A stretch of DNA of 13,597 nt from Oopsacas minuta (Eukaryota; Animalia; Porifera). The stretch spans positions 1 to 13,597 of the forward strand of contig JAKMXF010000170.1 in NCBI GenBank assembly GCA_024704765.1, in the 5' to 3' direction. Shown here one piece after another: positions 9,541 through 13,597 of this stretch. The first letter of the stretch is position 1; each line of letters starts with the position of its first letter. The position numbers and the translations under genes were made by a program. The notes beneath the pieces are model-generated. The model saw only the letters and a program-made list of their open reading frames with translations. It was not told where the DNA came from and searched no databases.

Positions 9541-11264
9541 CAGGATTTCTTAAGAAAATTTTTGCAGGGGGGCTAATCGATGTTTCATGAATTGGAGCGA
9601 TGCATAGTTTGGAGTTAAAGTGTACAACATAGTAATCATTTACTTTCTGCAAGGGTGTCTTAATTACTCAAACATGAATTGATAATATGGTCGCGAGTGA
9701 TGAATTCTAATAAATATATTGTTGTATAACACATGACAATAACCAACCAATAATTTGTATCTAAATTATTTACTTTATCCTTAAGTATAAATGGTACTTG
9801 TTTCTTGTAAGCAAAGTGAATTTCCTATTTCAGTGTTTTTATCCTTGTGATACAGATGGATATTCGCAATTTCTTTGAATCAACCTCTTCCAAGTCAGTT
9901 AGTCCTTACCCTAAAGAATTCAGTGGTAATTCAGATAGTGGAGAAGATTCAAAAAGTAAATCACCACAATTCAAGAATCATGTGTAGTACCATCATCTGC
10001 CGCCAATCTTGGAAATACAACAAGACCTGAAAAAGATTTTCCATGATTAGAATACGATTGCAGCTTATAAGGTGCATTTTGAAAAATATGCAGATAAGCT
10101 GAAACCAGCGGTCATTCTTCATAAGTAAGCGGAGGTGTTTGGGTCACAAAGCCAGTCCAGAATAGGAAAAGGCAGTTCCAAAGATGAAACCACATGCCAA
10201 CAGTGAATCTAGTTTTTGACAAGTTCTGGACAAATATTTGTAATTGAACTACAACGTTTTGGAGATTATAAGAGAAACAACAACTGGAAAGCCATCAAAG
10301 CACTTTTTCGCTGCTCTCACTACTTATGGAACCAGCACATTCCTCGTACTACAAACTTCAGCAAGTTTATTGATCTTCTTGTTGTGGGAAAGATTTGGAA
10401 GGATTTGTCCCTAGAGCAGCACAAAATGCATCTTGCAATTTAACATGTGCGGTCACTAATTTTCTTGAAGCAATTGGAGTATGGGTTAACGAATTCCAAG
10501 TTAACTGGGTTTACAATGCTCCATTGTTCTACTTCATGGCTAAGGAGTGTCTTGATGTTGCTAATATTAAGGAATTGTCTGTATACTGTCGATTGGTGAA
10601 ATTGTGTACCAGTACAATATTTCATGGAAATATTCCCACTGAAGAAACCAAATGCTCAATCGATCTATTCGGTGTTGCTGGACTGACTGAAGAATAAGGA
10701 TTTGCAGTGCAGTACTCTTGTGTGTATGGGAATTTGTTGGAGCTGCAACATTGGCTGCAAAGAAATCGAGTGTGCAAGACGTCTCAAGAAGTAGGTACCT
10801 CATTCATTCTTAGACCACTGCCATTTTCATGAGCTTCAACTGACTTGTATTGAATCCACAAACTCTACTGTGGGAATCAAACACGTGTATACGATACTCA
10901 GTACATTGTGGAAATTTTTTCAGTATTCACCAAAGAGATGCCAGCACCTGAAAGAGATACAAACGATACTGGACCTTCCTGGGTTGAAGATTGTCAAACA
11001 ATCTGACACCAGGTGGCTCTCCTATGAAAAATGTGTTTCAACTGTGAAAATGTTACCGAGCAATTGTGCTTGTATTTGAAAGTGTTTATAAAGAATCCCA
11101 CGATCCGGATGCGCTTGGTATTTGCAAGATCTTACCAAACCCTCTACATTGTTCGCCATATAACTCCTTCACTGCATTCTCCCTCAGGTATCCAAGTTGA
11201 GTAAGAGTCTCTAAACAGAGAATTTGGATTTGTCCATCATCTCAAGCCTTATGGATGCTACTGA
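9541..11264 (+). mobile_element. hAT-superfamily element, 3'-truncated
   Basis: The putative left end is CAGGATTTCTTAAGAAAATTTTTGCAGGGGGGC at 9541 (CAGG start and G-run, as in many invertebrate hAT ends; inferred, with no partner TIR). It is followed by a transposase relic that stops abruptly at 11264. Confidence 0.65.
9856..11264 (+). pseudogene. hAT transposase (ZMYM1-like: TTF zinc finger, DUF4371 region, RNase H core), heavily frameshifted
   Basis: MDIRNFF start; FP*LEYD...GAF*KIC..VWVTKP (TTF-type zinc finger with Trp/Cys decayed); KALFRCSHYL..HIPRTTNF..ID; FYFMAKECLDVANIKELSVYCR (DE..D motif decayed); C-H..ELQL; FFQYSPKR...L..IQ; DTRWLS; SKSLQ-ENLDL. The C-terminal dimerisation domain is absent. 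Confidence 0.9.
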
Positions 11265-12295
11265 ATGGAACTGGAAAGAAGGAATTTTAGAGCCATGATG
11301 TTCTATGAATTTATGCCTAAGATATCAGTGAGCAAAGTCATGTAACTTGGTGGAAGCTTTCCAAGATCAAGCTCCATCTAAGCGTACAGTGGAGGGGTGC
11401 TATCTAGATTTCAGGAGGGAGAGAACGTCGCTACAAGATGAGGCTAGGTCTGGATGACCTTCAACCGCCATCACTCCAGAGACTATTGCTGCTGCCGAGA
11501 CATTAATTAGAGAGGATAGCCGCATTAACTATGAGCAGTTTGCTAAGACCCTAAAGATCGGGAAAATCGTCATCAATTATATTCTACATGATTATCATGG
11601 TGTGAGAAGGCTTGCGGCCCTATGGATCCCTCATAATCTCTCTGGAATGCAATTGGAGGCAAGGGTAGAATGGTGCAAGTTTATGCTTAAGAAATTTAAA
11701 GGAGGAGAGTCTAAACGAGTTTACGACATACTAACATGTGACGAGACATGGATCTATCAATACAACCCGGAAACAAAACGGCAATCTTCAATCTAGGTGT
11801 TTTCTGGAGAAGATCCCCTGCTATATTTCACCGGGCTAGCAGAGTTTGGAAGAAGATGGTGGCTGCTTTTGTCTGTAATACTGGCCAGTAGCAATAATTC
11901 CTCTCGAGGATCGTCGTATCGTCAATGCTGATTGGCACATTGACAATTGCCTACCCAAGGCTTTCGAAGCTTGGAGTTCTTTTCGCCCTAAGACCGATAT
12001 CAGAAGACTTCTCCTTCACCACAATAGTGCATCTGCACACGCAGCAGCCAAAACATTGGACTTCCTGGCTGAAATTCGGTCCAGTTGGTCTCGCATCGAC
12101 CTTACAGTCCTTATTTAGCTCCATGCGACTTTTTCTTGTTCCCAACAATCAAGGAAAAGATCCGTGGAATCAGGTTTGAGAGTCCTGAAGAGGCTCGTCT
12201 GGCATTTGAAGAGGCCCCTTTGGAGCCTGCCAGAGGAAAAATGGCATAGTTGTTTCGACAGTTGGTTTCATCGTATGCAGCTCTGCGTAGATCGT
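11265..12295 (+). pseudogene. mariner DD34D transposase, nearly complete ORF without either TIR
   Basis: MELERRNFRAMMFYEF, APSKRTV..F..RTSLQDEARSG*P, WIPHNL, TCDETWIYQYNPETKRQS, LLHH(N)SASAH, PYSPYLAPCDFFLFP, WFHRMQLCVD. There are 34 residues between the D2 position (mutated to N) and D3. It has several stops and frameshifts. Confidence 0.95.
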
Positions 12296-12984
12296 TGTAG
12301 TNCGAGTGTGGCGAAATCCTCAGCGATCGATCAGAAAAATGGCTAAAGAACTGAAAATATCCCGTGGATCTCTTCAAACGATTGTCAAGAGAGACTTAGG
12401 GCTATCTTCGTTTAAGAAAAGGAAAGTCCATTCCTTTCAGACAAAATAAAGACAAAGAGGCTCTCAAGAAGCAAAGTCCTCCATGCACGATTCGCAGCCC
12501 AGGGACTGGATCAAGTCCTTTCTCCGATGAAAACCTTTCACCGTTGAACAAGCATTCAATCGTCAAAACGATAGAATATTATCTAAAAGCACTTCTATTA
12601 TCCCTGATGAGTACACGCACGTCAAAAGAGTCCAGAAACCACTCTCGTTGATGGTTTGGGGCGGAGTATCTTCTGTTGACCTGACACCACTGGATTTCGT
12701 CCCTGCAGGGGTCAAAATAAATGCTGCAACGTATAAGGGGCTCATTTTACAGCCCATTGTGAAAGATCTTAGTGAGATGATGTTTGAAAACCAGCCGTTC
12801 ATATTCCAACAAGACGGTGCTCCTGCCCATTCAGCAAAGAGTACTCAGGAATGGCTTCGGACAAATATTGCTGACTTTATCTCAAAGGTAGAATGGCCGC
12901 CGTCTAGGCAGATCAACTCAATATAATGAATATTGGTTAAATTATAGTAGTTTTTCTATGTGCCAGAACATATTGTCCACCCTG
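12291..12984 (+). mobile_element. maT (DD37D-type) Tc1/mariner relic: 5'-truncated, internally deleted, right TIR retained
   Basis: RNPQRSIRKMAKELKIS..IVKRDLGL, FSDE-FTVEQAFNRQNDR, VMVWGGV-like LMVWGGVS, GVKINAATY, FQQDGAPAHSAKSTQEWL..FISKVEWPPS. The spacing from D2 to WPPS predicts DD37D, but the SPDLNPLD segment is deleted. The end reads CAGGGTGGACAATATGTTCTGGCACA on the - strand and finishes at 12984. Confidence 0.88.
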
Positions 12985-13101
12985 TTTATTATAATCCCAT
13001 ATAGTTAAACTCCATATACTGAAAGTTTCAAGCTTATTCAATAAAAATTATGAATTTTTGAGATAGGTACGTGTAGTCAATTTATGCCCACTGTTGAATT
13101 T

Positions 13102-13597
13102 ATGGCTTCAAGGGATGATAATTTCAACCTCAAATGGCGAGCTTACATAGAATTTCGCACAATACTCAAGATCCAGCCCGTACAGATCTTCAACGAGTTA
13201 CAGGAGATATTGTGCCTGGATTGCCCTTCCAGATCTACTGTAGAGCGATTGGCTGCCCGTTTTAGATCTGGTGATGGTGATGTCACAGATTTGCCTCGAT
13301 CTGGAAGACAAGTGCATTACTGTCAATCAGTTATAACAAAGTATGGAGATTTCATCGGGAGCTATTCAGACAATTCTGATGACTGAGTTTGGCTACCAAT
13401 CGATTTGTGGAAGATGAGGCCGCATAAGCTCAGTGAGAATCAAAGGTTGGCACAACTGTATATTGCCAAGAAACTCTCGGAAACTTATGAGAACTGCAAT
13501 TATAGACGCCTAACAGAGAGTATCACTGGTGACGAGACATGGGGTGTACTATTCAACACCATATAGCAAGTGTAATAAGCGATCATGGGTGAGGGGC
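13102..13597 (+). pseudogene. 5' part of another mariner-type transposase, running off the window
   Basis: RAYIEFRTILKIQPVQIFNEL..PSRSTVER..RFRSG..DVTDLPRSGR, then an apparent short deletion with frameshift, then EISSGAIQTIL, PHKLSENQR and ITGDETW-YY (first catalytic D). Confidence 0.9.

Noticed and set aside
10440-12802. - strand ORFs at 10440, 10567, 11951, 12111 and 12563, and out-of-frame + ORFs such as 11925-12179
   Set aside because: They overlap clear + strand transposase relics; they are shadows or frameshift products.
11265-13597. Domesticated SETMAR gene or bacterial IS630 elements
   Set aside because: There is no SET domain and the ORFs are disrupted. The motifs (WIPHNL, YSPxLAPCD, DD34D/DD37D spacing) are those of eukaryotic mariner and maT.

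Overview
This is an AT-rich eukaryotic (probably invertebrate) window packed with decayed cut-and-paste DNA transposons. I found no intact host gene, RNA gene or prokaryotic feature. Recognisable transposase relics, all on the + strand, are: a full-length frameshifted Tc1/mariner DD41D (rosa/visitor-type) element with both TIRs (984-2336); three mariner DD34D-type pieces (about 3740-4158, 11265-12295, 13102-end); a THAP-domain P-element-type relic (about 7448-8300); a hAT relic with a TTF zinc finger and DUF4371-like region (9541-11264); and a maT/DD37D-type piece (about 12291-12984). Several non-autonomous TIR elements (MITEs) lie between them. The most unusual structures are a TGT...ACA foldback at 285-971 made of two inverted copies of a self-complementary unit around about 480 bp of unrelated ORF-bearing DNA, a train of four TIR elements joined only by (TA)n, a hAT-mariner-maT-mariner chain fused without termini, and the 7/7 same-strand orientation of the transposase relics. 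All alignments were done by eye, so family assignments need database confirmation.
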